From Lama glama (lineage: Eukaryota): a DNA stretch of 64,000 bases. Below the pieces are notes generated by a model. It was not told the DNA's origin and did not search any database. It was given only the letters and a program-made list of their open reading frames with translations. The stretch is taken from contig CM052817.1 in NCBI GenBank assembly GCA_028534125.1, positions 19,160,001-19,224,000 of the forward strand, in the 5' to 3' direction. The number at the start of each line of letters is the position of its first letter. Within the stretch, counting starts at the first letter, position 1. This document shows positions 36,625 to 48,929 of this stretch, piece by piece. A program made the position numbers and the translations under genes.

Positions 36625-37629
36625 GTTGATTTAAGTAAAGATTAAATGAACATGTATAGTGAAAAGAAGAGATTCTCAGAACTTTTTAAAATAAATGATG
36701 TAATATCTTCTATTTCTAGCCACTCACTAAGGCAATAGATTAAGTGCTAATGACAGAGTCAACAAAAGCAAGATAATATTTTGCTATTACCAATGTCTCG
36801 GGTGTTACCTAATTGGCTACCTTTCACATCATTTTTTTGGACAAGCATCTCTAAAGGTTGACTTCTGCACTGCTTTCTGTCCCAGAAGCCCTTGGAGCAA
36901 AATTAAGGAAAATTGACATTCAGAGAAAAGAAATGTCATTTGAATTGTTTACATGATCTAAGAAAATAGGATGATGCATTGCTTATGTTGTTAATTTCAG
37001 TATCTCCTTTGTCAATCATAAAATAAATTCTCTAGCACTGTCCCTGAAATCCTAAGTTAACATTTATCCCGTGACAGTGATGAATGAAAGTACCCATGAG
37101 ATAAAACCAAACTCTTAAAACCAAAGTAGTAAATTCAAAAGAGCAATAAAAATGGCAATACCATGGTTAATTATTGTTATACTTTATTATTCTCCTAAAT
37201 TTGGAGAAGTCAAAAAAGCTGATTCTAAGTATGCTGAGCATGTATTTTTATATTTGGTTTCAAATATTGGGGTCAATCAGTGGCTGAAGTCTAAAAATGA
37301 GGTGGAATACTAGCAGAAAAAGGTTTTCAAGAAAAATGGTAATTTTGTTTTGACTAAAATACAGCTCATTAATGGACTTTCATGAACTACATTCTTAGAT
37401 TTTATTGCTAATTTAAACTGCTTATAAGTTTCACTATAGGAATATAGTCAGATAATATGCCAACTTATTTAACATGTTCTTGTCTAGGATCTACTATATA
37501 TCTGTCAGAGTGAAAGAAACTGAATACATAGCAATAAACAAAATATAAATGTTTCTTTAAGATTTACTGAAATTAATTTTCACTTAATTTAATACTAACA
37601 AAAGTTTGCTAATATATATATTTGTCTAT

Positions 37630-37830
37630 GATTTATAAAATGCTTTTAAAGGCATTATGTAATTGATCCTTTTTGTGATCTATGAAAACATGTAAATAAT
37701 TATTATGATTATTTACATTTTATATGTGAAGGAATAAAACTCTAAGGGTTTAACTAAATTTAAAAATATTTTTGGCTTCTAAGTAGTAGAGTTGGGGCTT
37801 AAGTGTAATTGAATACTCACTGCTTCATGC
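37630..37830 (-). mobile_element. MIR fragment
   Basis: TTTATAAAATGCTTTTAAAGGCATTATGTAATTGATCCT...CATTTTATATGTGAAGGAATAAAACTCTAAGGGTTTAACTAA. Confidence 0.55.
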
Positions 37831-39539
37831 TTTGCAGTTGCTCTCTGTAACGTAAAGAAATTCTTGTTCATTTTCTAGATTTTCTACAGATTTTTTTCTC
37901 TCTCTTCTTCCTTTAGCAGAAAGTTTCAGCAATGTCTTCCATTCTAATATTTGGTTATATTATTCATACATTTTAGTTAATTGATACACAAAATATTCAC
38001 AGAATCATAGAGTAAGAAGTAACTGTGTTAAGTCTGAACTAACTCACATCCTCCAGATAAGTAAAAACATCAGTAGTCCCAAATACTAAACAATTTATTT
38101 AATTTTTTTAAGGCTCCAGTTGACCTTTTAGTTGTATAGTCTAGAATTAGTCATTCTTGGAAAGAAAAATTAGTTAGTCTCAACATTTTCTCTGGATACA
38201 ACTTAAATTCATTATTCCCTGGCTTACAGTTGAAAATGATTGATAAAGTCCTATTAAAATGTTTACTCATCTTTCTCTGGAGCAGATATGTTTCATCTCT
38301 GACTACTCCAAATGTCAATAATCTATTTTCTCTAACTCTGACTATTTATAGTATTTGAAGTATGTATCACACAAATAGGATAGTATGTATTGAAACTCAT
38401 TTTACATTCATCATTAAGGTTTTATGTACTTAAATTCCATACATTGTAAACATAGTAAGGCTTTGTATTTTGCTGTGTACATCTTTATCTGACTGCTTAT
38501 TACTCACAGATGATGTTTTATTTAGATGGTTTCTCAAATGTATTATATAGAGGCTGAAATCCAGAATTATATGTAATTTCCTATTTTCCTATTTTGGCTT
38601 TAGGATAAAGTCTGTTATATCCAATGGTTAATAAGGAAATCTTAGAGGCAATGCCTGATTCTAGCTAATGCGCTGAAGTACTGCTACTCTCTATAGCTCC
38701 TTTGGATTAATATTATTCAGTTTCATTGACTAGACATATAGTCCAAAATCAGCATATTTTGTCTTAAAGTGGCACATGTAATCATTATAACTATTTGGCA
38801 GATATCATTCTGTACATTACAGCTATTACAATAATCAAGAGTTAATACATGGCAGAAAACTTTAAGTACCATAACAATAGAAGTACAGAATTTTAGAAGG
38901 AAAAAATGCATACGTTTGCATTGATCATAAAAAATTTCATCGAGTAGCTTTAAGGCAGGCCTTAATAAAGGCTAAGCAGGGTTTGTTTGGGTGTTAATAG
39001 AATGATAGGAATTGTGAGAAATCCACTGTTCAGGAAATAGTTGTCATTACCCTTCTCTGGCATAGACAGGATTCCATTCTTTTATTTCCGTTAGTTCTCT
39101 CTTTTAGTCATTACAACACAATCCAAAATATGGAAAACTACTTCAGCTGTACATGTGGAGGGGTAGTGATGTGAAAGAACACATGATAGACAGAAAGTCA
39201 AAAGAAATGTTTTGTCCTTGATTTTATTTCTAATTAGACTTAGATGTTTGTTAAACTGTGTAGGCTCTCCAAAACTCATTTTGCACATCTGAAAAAATAA
39301 ATGAGTTAATACTCATTAACCTCCCACCAAATATTCAATGTTTATGATCTTCTAAAAATGATTACAATTATATTTTCTGCTTTTCTCTTCTTTTTGAGCT
39401 AACCTGGTATTTTAATCTCAGGGTCTTTCTCATTTCTCTTTGCATATCTCTCTACACAAGCTGAATTTAACAATGATTTGTGAATACTCCACACTCTTCC
39501 AACTTGAGCCATTGGGACTGAGCCAGTGGGAAATAAGAA

Positions 39540-39766
39540 AAGCAAAGGGCTAAAAATTCAGGGTGAGGTTAGGTGATTGAAAATATTTGTGTGAGACTGG
39601 TTTGGAAGAAGTTAGACAAGGATATATAAAAGTTGGACAAGCAGGCAAGGATATAACATGTCATGCTAAAGAGTTTGGATTTAATTGTCAAGAAGCGGAA
39701 AACCACTGAAAGGTGCGAAGTGGGGCAATTGGTGTGATAATATTTGCATTTTAAAAAGCTGACTTG
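39540..39766 (-). mobile_element. L2 fragment
   Basis: CATGCTAAAGAGTTTGGATTTAATT...AAACCACTGAAAGG...TGATAATATTTGCATTTTAAAAAG. Confidence 0.65.
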
Positions 39767-39767
39767 G

Positions 39768-40640
39768 ACTTCCTATTTTCCATCTGGCATGTGAGGGGCT
39801 TGGAAGTCACCACTCCATTATAACATATGAAAAGTTGAACAAACTGAAAAATCAACAGCTCTTCTTAGATCCTTAAGAGAAAGGCCACAGGGCAAACCAC
39901 TGACCCCAAAATGAAACAGACAGACAGATACAGAGATTCAAAACTTACTAGAGCAGAAACACAACAGCAGAAACCTCCACAGGAGCCAATGCCAGGGTAG
40001 GAGAACCTAAAGTGTACTTGATGAGTTGCTGGAGGCTCAGTGTGGACAAGTCAAAGAATCAAAAACTCCTGGTGGGTCCAGTCCCCATATTTTTCTGAGT
40101 TTTACCTTCAAGAGCTCAACCAGAATCTTACAGTGAGTATCAGAAAAATCCTCACTTGCTTCTGGCTGAGAGACTGGAAATTCACCATTTTGAAAAACAC
40201 CAGTGTATACTTTTCTTAACAAGGTCTGCTCACAATAGAAAGTATTTAACCAGAGGCTAACCTGCTGGGTTTTTATCAGAGCTTAACCTACCTGCAGGAA
40301 AGGGGATACTCTATTCCAGCTCTGCCTAGCCATCCTGTACCACCTAAGGGTGGTTGTGGAGGAACTGAGAAGCCCAGGTAAGTTCACAGTGCAAAGACAC
40401 AGGCACAATAAAATACTGAAGCCTAATCATAGGACTACAGAACATCCCCCACCGCCCTGCCCCACACTTTTCCACACATTACCAATGGCATTTTTAAAGA
40501 AGTTTCTTTTACCTAGTGCATGTCCAACTATATATATAAAAAAACACATACACAATGTATACTAAAGGACAAAAAAGTTTGAAGAGACCAAGCAAACATC
40601 AAAACCATACTCAGCTATGACAGACATGTTGGAATTACCA
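39768..40640 (+). mobile_element. L1 5'-end (L1MCa/L1MDa-like 5'UTR) fragment
   Basis: GCTTGGAAGTCACCACTCC...GAACAAACTGAAAAATCAACAGCTCTTCTTAGATCC...CACAGGGCAAACCACTG...GCTGGAGGCTCAGTGTGGACAAGTC. Confidence 0.8.
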
Positions 40641-40708
40641 GAATCAGAAACTTATCAACCCTTCCAGGTGATTCTGATGTACACTCAAGTTTGAGAACTA
40701 CTGGTCTA
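40641..40708 (+). mobile_element. MER5A-like hAT-Charlie MITE end
   Basis: CCAGGTGATTCTGATGTACACTCAAGTTTGAGAACTACTG. Confidence 0.75.
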
Positions 40709-41629
40709 TGGGAGTGATTTGGATGCAAAATTTCCTTTTTGTGATTTCTCAAAAATGTTTTGTCATTGTACTCACAATTCGTCTCAATATAGGCTTCAAG
40801 TAATTTCCTTTTTTTCTACTCCTGTTATCTTTACCTATACAAAGATACCATAAATCCTTTGTATGTTTTTAATGCCTTTTAGTGCAGTGCTGCTAAAGAA
40901 ATATTGATTAAGTGCCTAGTGAAAGGAAGTCAATAACCGACACATCCTCTAGCTAGGACTGGTTTTGCAAACAACTCTTCTGCAGACAGTCTGACCTGGA
41001 TAGAGCACTGCTTTTTGGATGATGCTAAACGTCAATGTGAAGACCTCTAAGTTCCATGAACCAGAGGTGACTCCCATTTATCCAGAGACACAGTGTCTCA
41101 CATAAGGTTATCTAAGCCAGAGACTCCCGTTCTCTCTCTTGCTGTTATACAGCAGAGAGGAGAAAAAATAAATCTGATATTTTGGAATGTTGCTATTTAG
41201 TATAAGCTCTGGTAAAGGGTTTGATGGAGGATGAGCTGTGAGTGTTTGACAAAAAACTAAGGGTCCTGATTAAGCAGTTGGTACCCTTCATTCATCAGGG
41301 TTATTCCTGCTGCTCATTGGAGTTAATATAATTTACTTAGGGGAAAAAAATGATAACTCAGGTTAAGCCTACTCTTATTCTAAAGTACCCAAATGTGTAT
41401 GTGTTGGATTTTCCCCAGATCTTGTTCATTTCTCTAATTCATTTTTAGCCCTGGAAATCCTGAGTCATGTAAGAACCAAAGAAATCTGCTTTCCGGTGTA
41501 GATGGTCCACCTTCTAAATAAAAATTAGAACCTGTGCTCAGATCATGCTTTCTTCTTGTTTATCAACCATGAAAACAGTCTCTATGCTATATCCACTGTT
41601 CTTAGCAATCTTTGTGTATTTCATTTATA

Positions 41630-41760
41630 TGATGATCTAGTGAGAGATATCTAGTTACTGGTTCATGGGAAACTGAGGCCTAGTGAGGTTGATTAACTTT
41701 TATTAGGTCACATGGCTAGTAAAGACCTAAAAGAATTTAAATCCATATCTCTTCTGGCAG
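41630..41760 (-). mobile_element. MIR core
   Basis: GGGAAACTGAGGCCTAGTGAGGTTGATTAACTT...GGTCACATGGCTAGTAA. Confidence 0.75.
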
Positions 41761-42838
41761 AGAATCCAATTTCTTTGCAATATCTCAGACCGTATGTGAA
41801 CATTTATTTCTTCAGAAATGTTAGTGGAGGTAGCCTCAGGTGCCTTCATGTAATTTTCAACCTAAAACTATCTTTTGGTGGAAACCTTGGGATTTTTTTT
41901 TTTTTTGGCTTCCAAGTAGCAATTTTATTTAGTGTTCCTTTACTGATCCAGTCTCCTGTGAATTTTCTATTTACTTCTCTGGTTGGGGAAGAGGGGAATG
42001 TTTGCTAACCTGGTTGTACACTCCATGCATTGACCTTTTAGCATCCCTTCTGGTCTTGGTTGTTGGAGAATGTCCTCTTCCCACCTGCTTTTGTTTGTAC
42101 TCTCTGAACCACTGTTTGCATTTAATTTCAAAATGTCTCCTTCCATTATCTTCTCTAGTTTTCAAATCATTTTTATGCCACTTTCTATTATACCTCTGAT
42201 ACTTTCCCATTTATCTAAAACTTTTTAAAAAAAATATTCTAGAGCATGAGAAAAGATGCCAACTGAAAGTGAACCCATGAAGGGAAAAAAGAAGAAAAAA
42301 ATTAAAGTGGACAGAAGTGTCAAAAAGATTGAAATACAAGAAATACTGAGTTTAGAAAAGATTTTAGACCTGAAATTTTTCTTAGACAGAAGTCAAGGAA
42401 ATAAAGTAAAAGTGAGGAAAATAACATAGTAAAGAGTTTGGGACAGCAGTTGCATGGATACAGTTGCTATAGATTTGCCACTTAATCCTAGAAATCCAAG
42501 CTGTGAATCACACTGTCTTCCCATAAATAGATGTATCTGACATGGCTTTCTGTTCAAATGAGAGAACAAACAAATATGTACAGACATAGACGTCTTTTTT
42601 ATTTCTTATACTTCTGTAAAATGGGAATGTGACCTAAACAGTTCTACCTAATACCATATGTATTAGATATACTCTTGATCAGAGAAAATGTGATATAAGA
42701 AGAAGCATTTGCTCTCATTTACTGAGATCATCGGAAATGTTGGATAATTTCTCTTTCAGACTGGGATAATCCAGAACAAAAACTGGTAACATAGTAACTG
42801 CTGAAGATTCAGATTCAGGTCACTCTGGCTTCAGAGCC

Positions 42839-43870
42839 AGAGATGGATTCGGGTTATGTAAAATCTGAAGCTTACACAACTCGATGAAGTTACTTTTTAA
42901 AAAAGAATGCAAAATTATAAATGGTACTTAATTATGAAAGTGAGCATTTTTTAGAATAAAGACAAAAAGCAAAATGTGCATACACATATTTTAATAAGCT
43001 ATGCAAACACAATAAGCATTACAAAAATCCCAAAAAATAACATTTTTAATTAAATAACAGTCTCATATACCTCCACAATACCTTTTTCCTACATGTTTTG
43101 GCTCCATACTCATACTACAAAGATTTTGCATTATCATTTTCTATACAGATACTAGATTATTCAGTCTTTCCACTATCAAGGTTGATCATATTTGTCTTTT
43201 TATAAAGATTTTGCAAAGGTTTTTGAGCTTCACGACTCACTATTGGTGTATTAGTCTACCAGATCGAGTATACAATACTACAGATAGGGTGGTTTAAACA
43301 GCAGAAATGTATCTTCCCACAGGTCTGGGATCTGAATGTCCAAGATCAAGTTGTTGACTAGTTTGGTTTCCCCTGAGGGCTCTCCTTGCTTTGTAGTTGG
43401 CTGCCTCCGCACTGGGTCCTCCCATGGCACTCTCTGCACACATTTCTAGTGTCTCTTCCTTTTCTGATAAGGAAACCTGCCTGTTGGATTACCAGTCCAC
43501 CCTTGTGAACTCATTTGAGCTTAATTACCTCCTTAAAGGCCCTATTTCCAAATACAGTCACATGAGGGTTAAATTTCAACCTGTGGATTTGGGGTGGGGG
43601 ACAAAATGCAGTCCATAACAGTTGATATTCTCTTGAAAATATTTCACATTGTTGTCAAATTTTGAAAAATTATCTATCAAGTTTTTTTGCATTTATATGT
43701 ATACAGTAATACTTGTTTCATAGTACTGCTAGAAATGTGTGCTCTATAACAGAAATTCTGATAAATTTTATTTCCATAATTTCTATTAAAATAATTGATA
43801 GTACATTTATAATTACGCTTGGCAGATTATCAAATAGACTACAGATAGAAGATATATATAGCATATTTTT
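42839..43870 (-). mobile_element. Zaphod-like hAT-Tip100 DNA transposon fossil (transposase C-terminus on minus strand), split by an MLT1A0-like LTR
   Basis: Terminal GGATTCGGGTTATGTAAAATCTGAAGCTTACACAA; minus-strand remnants PIVSREAQK...STLIVERLNNL...IEND match the hAT dimerisation motif. Confidence 0.75.
43247..43620 (-). mobile_element. MaLR solo LTR (MLT1A0/MLT1B-like)
   Basis: TGTATTAGTC...GGTGGTTTAAACAGCAGAAAT...GTCCAAGATCAAG...TTAATTACCTCCTTAAAGGCCCTATTTCCAAATACAGTCACAT...CAGTCCATAACA. Confidence 0.88.
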
Positions 43871-43979
43871 AAAAATAAAAAACCAGAAAATTTGTAACAT
43901 ATGTAATCTAATCTCTCCAGGACAGTAATAAGTGCTCCAGAGATTACTCATAGGGAAGCTGCAACTTAATTTTAATGGT

Positions 43980-44210
43980 ACACTGGCTTACATTACCTGT
44001 CATCATTCTGGAACACTGTTTAATTTCTTCTCATTCTCTTCTCACCCATTGCTTAACATTCTCCAGTCACACTCCTTTTTACTTCCTCAAACATATAAAT
44101 TCCATTTCCACCTCTGAACTTTTTTGCTAGTTGGTTTCTCTATCTAGTATGTTCTTCCAGATCTTCCTACAGCACTGCAACATGACTCTTTCAAATGACC
44201 TCTGCTCCCA
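43980..44210 (+). mobile_element. L2 fragment
   Basis: CTCCAGTCACACTCC...TTCCTCAAACAT...TTCCACCTCTGAACTTTTTTGCTAGTTGG. Confidence 0.55.
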
Positions 44211-44214
44211 AGGA

Positions 44215-45390
44215 GAATTGGTGTAACAAGGACCCAATACATCCTGCCTGAGACAATACTAATACTTCATATAAAAGACACAAATATTTTTTGGCTATTA
44301 AGAGTGTAGGACAGTGACAGTTTAGACTTGGGGAGGAAATGAGGTGATCCCTAAAACTGCCTTAGCTTGCTAATTAGAGAGATGTTCCTGGCAGTGGACC
44401 AGGGAAGAGCTCAATTAGAGCCTGAGAGTTTCCCTGTGCTGAGGATTTGGAATGGAAGTCTAGGGAAGGCAGGGCAGCTACACTTTACAGGAGACAACAC
44501 CTGACAGGAAAATGCTGCACAAAGAAGGAGTTTCAGAGATGTAGCGAGTCCACTGAGTCTTCAACTGAGCACTGATCAGTGCATGTGGGTAAGAGAACTA
44601 CCCAGTGCCATGAAAAATCTACCGAAGTGGAGCAGCAGATAAAATCCTGGAGCTTGCATACAGCTGAGAATAACTTATGCTCCTACTAGCCAGAGTTGAA
44701 AATGTTGTAATTCATGGGCCACTGAGCAGAACAGTCAAAAGGGTGTTGCCTCAGTAGTGTGGCAAAATCAGCCGAAGAACTAAAGACTGATCTGGTTATA
44801 TCTAACAAAGTTAAAAGCAAGTCTCGAAAGGGTCAAACATATTCCAAGTAAATTAACTACCCAGACATGTTCTAAGTAAACTACAGTGCAAAACTCAAGA
44901 AATTTATAGAAATACAAAAATATCCTGTTTTCAACGTAGTAAAATTCACAATGCTTGTAATCCAATCAATAATTGATAAGCATACAATAAAACAGGAGGT
45001 ATATGCCATGATAAGGAGAAAAACAAGTGAAAAGAAATACCCAGAAATTAAATATATCATAGAATTAATAGAAAAGCATATTAAAATAGTTATTATAACT
45101 GTAACCCATATGTCAAGGAAAAGAGCAAAGATTAAACGTGTTAAATATAGACATGGGAAAAATTATAAAAATAAATTGAATTTATAAGAAGGAACATCAT
45201 GCCTGAGATTTAAAAAATTACTTGGATGAGATGGTCAAGAGATTATACATTATAAAAGAAAAGATAGCTGAACTTGAAAACGTAACAGTAGAAAGTATCC
45301 AAAATAAAACAGACTTAAAAGAAAAAATAATAAACAAGCTGAGGAACAACTTATGTGTATGAATACATGTTTAACTGAAGTTCCTAGTAG
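44215..45390 (+). mobile_element. Old L1 5'UTR/ORF1 fragment (L1M4/MD-like)
   Basis: AAAATTCACAATG...ATAGAATTAATAGAAAAGCATATTAAAATAGTTATTATAACT...GAAAAGATAGCTGAACTTGAAAAC (ORF1 coiled-coil-like). Confidence 0.7.
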
Positions 45391-45399
45391 GGGAGATAG

Positions 45400-47250
45400 G
45401 AACGCTCTGAAATCTAGGCTGCTGTTTAGTGACTTTTTTAGCTATTTTTTTGTGAAGTCTATATTCTTTGTCATATTTGACCACTGAAGTCCCTGTTCTG
45501 TTCCATCCATGGTCATCTAGTGAGTTGTCACAGATTTCTTTAAACACCTGGAGCAAAAACCAAAAAATAAAAAAACCACAAAACTAAAAACAAACCAAAA
45601 ACCACTTCCTTTCCCTGTCTTGTCAGACTGCCTCTGTGTTAGGACCTCACTTCACTGTTTAGCCAGGTAGTTTATGTTTCTGCCTTATCTTTCACTTCCT
45701 GCATATTCCTCCAAATATCTCCTGCTCATTCCCTTTTTCCCAAGATGTTCAATTTATTGCTTGCCATAACTGCTATTCCTTGCCGTATGTGGTTATGAAT
45801 AATAATTTTGCTTTATTTCTTTTGACCATGAAACTACTCAGCTCAGCTTATTTGTCTTTTTGTGGAGTTCCCCACCTGACATGTTTAGAAATGTCACTGT
45901 TGGAGTTGTCATTTTCATTCAGCATAGCCCCCTTGAGATTTACCCATGTTATTGCATATATCAATAGTTCATTACTTTTAATTGTTCAGTAATATTCTAT
46001 GCAATGGATGTACCATATTTTGTTTAACCAATCACCCATCAAATGAACTTTGTATCACTTCCAGATTGGGGCTATTTGAAATAAAAGTGCTGTGAACATT
46101 TGTATATGGATTTTTAACTAAACCTAATTTTTCTTGTTTTCTGGGATAAATGTTCAGGATTATAATTTCTAGATGGCATGGTAATTGCAGGTTTAATTTT
46201 ATAAGAAACTGCCAAACTTTCTCAGAGTGGTTGTACCATTTTACATTCCCACCAACAGTGAGTAAGTGATCAAATTTCTCTGTATCACCAGTATTTGGTG
46301 TTGTCACTGTTTTTTCTTTTAGCTATTCTAATGGATGTGTAGTGATAGCTCATTGTCCTTTAATTTGCATTTCCATAATGGCTAATGATAGTGAACATTT
46401 TTTCAAGCATTAATTTGCCGTATATATATTCTGTTCAGCAAAATTTCAGTTTATGTCTGTGGCCTATTTTCTAACTGAATTGATTTATTTGACTTTTGAG
46501 CATTTAAATATATATATATATTCTAGAGACTAATCCTGTGTTGGAAATTTAGTTTGTATGTATTCTATCTTAGTCTTTAAGTTGATTTTTATTACTCTTA
46601 CTAGGATCTATTGTAGAGCAAAATAATTTAATTTTGATGAAGTCCAATTTATTAATTTTTCCTTTTATAGATCATGCATTTGATGACAAATTTAAGAACT
46701 CTTTAATCAACCCCAAATTCCAAAGATTTTTCTCCTATGAAATTTTTCTAAAGTGCAATAGCTTTATATGTAAGGCTGTCATCTGTTTGGAGTTAATTTT
46801 TGTATGATAGGTGAGGTTAGATTGAGAATTTGTTTTGTTTTTCTTATAGATGTCCAATTTCTCCATCATATTTTTTTAAAAAAGACTTTTCTTTCTCCAT
46901 TGAATTGCTTTGCTTTCATAACTCTGTCAAAACTCAGTAGAGCATGTTTGTATGGGTCTATCTGGGAGTTCTTCATTCTTTTCCATTTATGCATGTATAG
47001 GTTTCTATCCTAATACTGCATTGTCTTGATTACTTTAGCTATGTAGTAGGATTTCATTCTTAGAGTGATTAGTCTTATTTTATTCTCCTTTTTCAAGATT
47101 GTATTAGCTATTCTAAGGCCTATACAATTCCATATTAATTTTAGAATAAACTTGTCCATATCTTCATAAAAGCTTGCCGCTGTTTTGATAGGAATTGCAC
47201 TAAATCTATAGATCAATTTGGGAAGAACTGACATCTTTAATATGTTGAAT
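45400..47250 (-). mobile_element. Old L1 fragments (5' piece ~45400-45720; ORF2 C-terminus/3'UTR ~45880-47250)
   Basis: ORF2-like peptides MSVLPKLIYRFSAIPIK...KFILKLIWN...IANTILKKENKI and VGGNVKWYNHSEKVWQFLIKLN. Confidence 0.88.
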
Positions 47251-48929
47251 CACATATTTTTTGTCTAATATTTCACTGGTTTCTACAATTAAAAAATGTT
47301 TTCACATAGGTAGAAGTCTCGCTTCTTATAGTAATTTAATCTTCAGCAAAAATTTATGCAAATTTATGCATAAGGAAATTATCTCAGGAATACAATTTTG
47401 GCAGTTTGGAAGGGGCAGATGTTCTCTTTTTAGAATTTGGCTATTTAAATAGGAGAGATAATGGGGCAAAAAGATCTTCTATGTCTAACATGAAGATTAT
47501 GTAATTCTTTAGCTCATGGATTAGAAATATCTTCTATTTATATTTCACGTAACACTTTGTCTTCTTACAATGCTATCAAAATTTCCTTCAACAATTAAAA
47601 TTGATCTATGTCCTTGCTCCTCCCTCTTGTTCTATTTTATTGTACTAAAAAAAAAATAACATTCTGGCTGTACCATTGAAATACTCTTTATACTTGTTGG
47701 AGTCATCATTTTCTGACATGTAGCTACAGTGCCAATGATTTTAAATACATAAAACTGCTTCACATTTTTCTGCCCCAAATGATTCTTTATTCTTTCAAAT
47801 TGTAGTTTATTTTTCTAAATAGGCAGAAGAGCAATACATGCTATATCCTGAGGTGGAAATGTGACCTAAAATGATCAAATTAGATGGAAGGAAAAGATTT
47901 GAATATTTGGAGAGTATTAAATCTCTGCTTTTTTTCTTCTCTGTCTCTATAGCTCTCTGTCTCTTTCTCTCTTATTCTTTCCTAGTGAACAAGAGACTTT
48001 TTTTTTTGTCTCATTTGGTTCTGAAAGCCTTCTTGTGATGACAAAAGACAAAGTTGACACAATAAAGGAAGGAACCTAGAAATCTGATGTGATGAACAAT
48101 ACCTGAACATGTGATATTCTGTATTCTTTGTTAGGCAAAATTACAAAATTTCTGACTTTATAAGTCAGTTACAGATAGATTTCTATAACTTATTCCCAAT
48201 GGACTCTAATGATTAAGAATTCTTAAATATCATTGAGGAAAAGATAAATATCTCCAATAGGAAAAAGGAGGACAAGGAAAACGAAGGTAATACATATAGG
48301 GAGAAGCATAAATAACTAATAAAGAAAATGTTTAAACTTGTCTTAAATAAATTTAAAATTTGAAACATTACATTATTTTTATTTATCAGTTTTAAAAAAA
48401 AGCTTTTATCATTTAACATCTACAGAAATTTTCCAGAAAAAAATATTTTCCCCTACAGTACAAATGCTACATTTGCATAGTGCCATAACTTATTTATAAA
48501 CTCTGTCTCTGTCTCTTTTTATATAGTCCACCTAAATCTATAGCTTTATTTAAAGCATCAGATATGTACTTAAAACTATTGATGGTAAAGTAATTTGTTT
48601 GAAAATTTACCTTATCTAAGCATGTCATGAATACTGTAAAAACCTCTGAATATAATACACTGCATAGAAACTTAGAAAAGTATATAACTTTGTATTCATA
48701 TATGTAAATGCATCTACTAATACATCTTTCACTTGTGTCAGATCAGTTTATAGAACCAGGCATATTATCATAATCTGATTTATATTTAGTAAAGATTTGC
48801 TTTAATCTCTTTGTTTTGATTTGTTTGCTGTTTGTTATATGAACTCCATGAATAATCTCCTCAAACAATGAGGAAGGTTGGTTTATTTCTAGTACTTTCA
48901 AATCCTAAAACCTTTTTTTTTAAGAGCAC

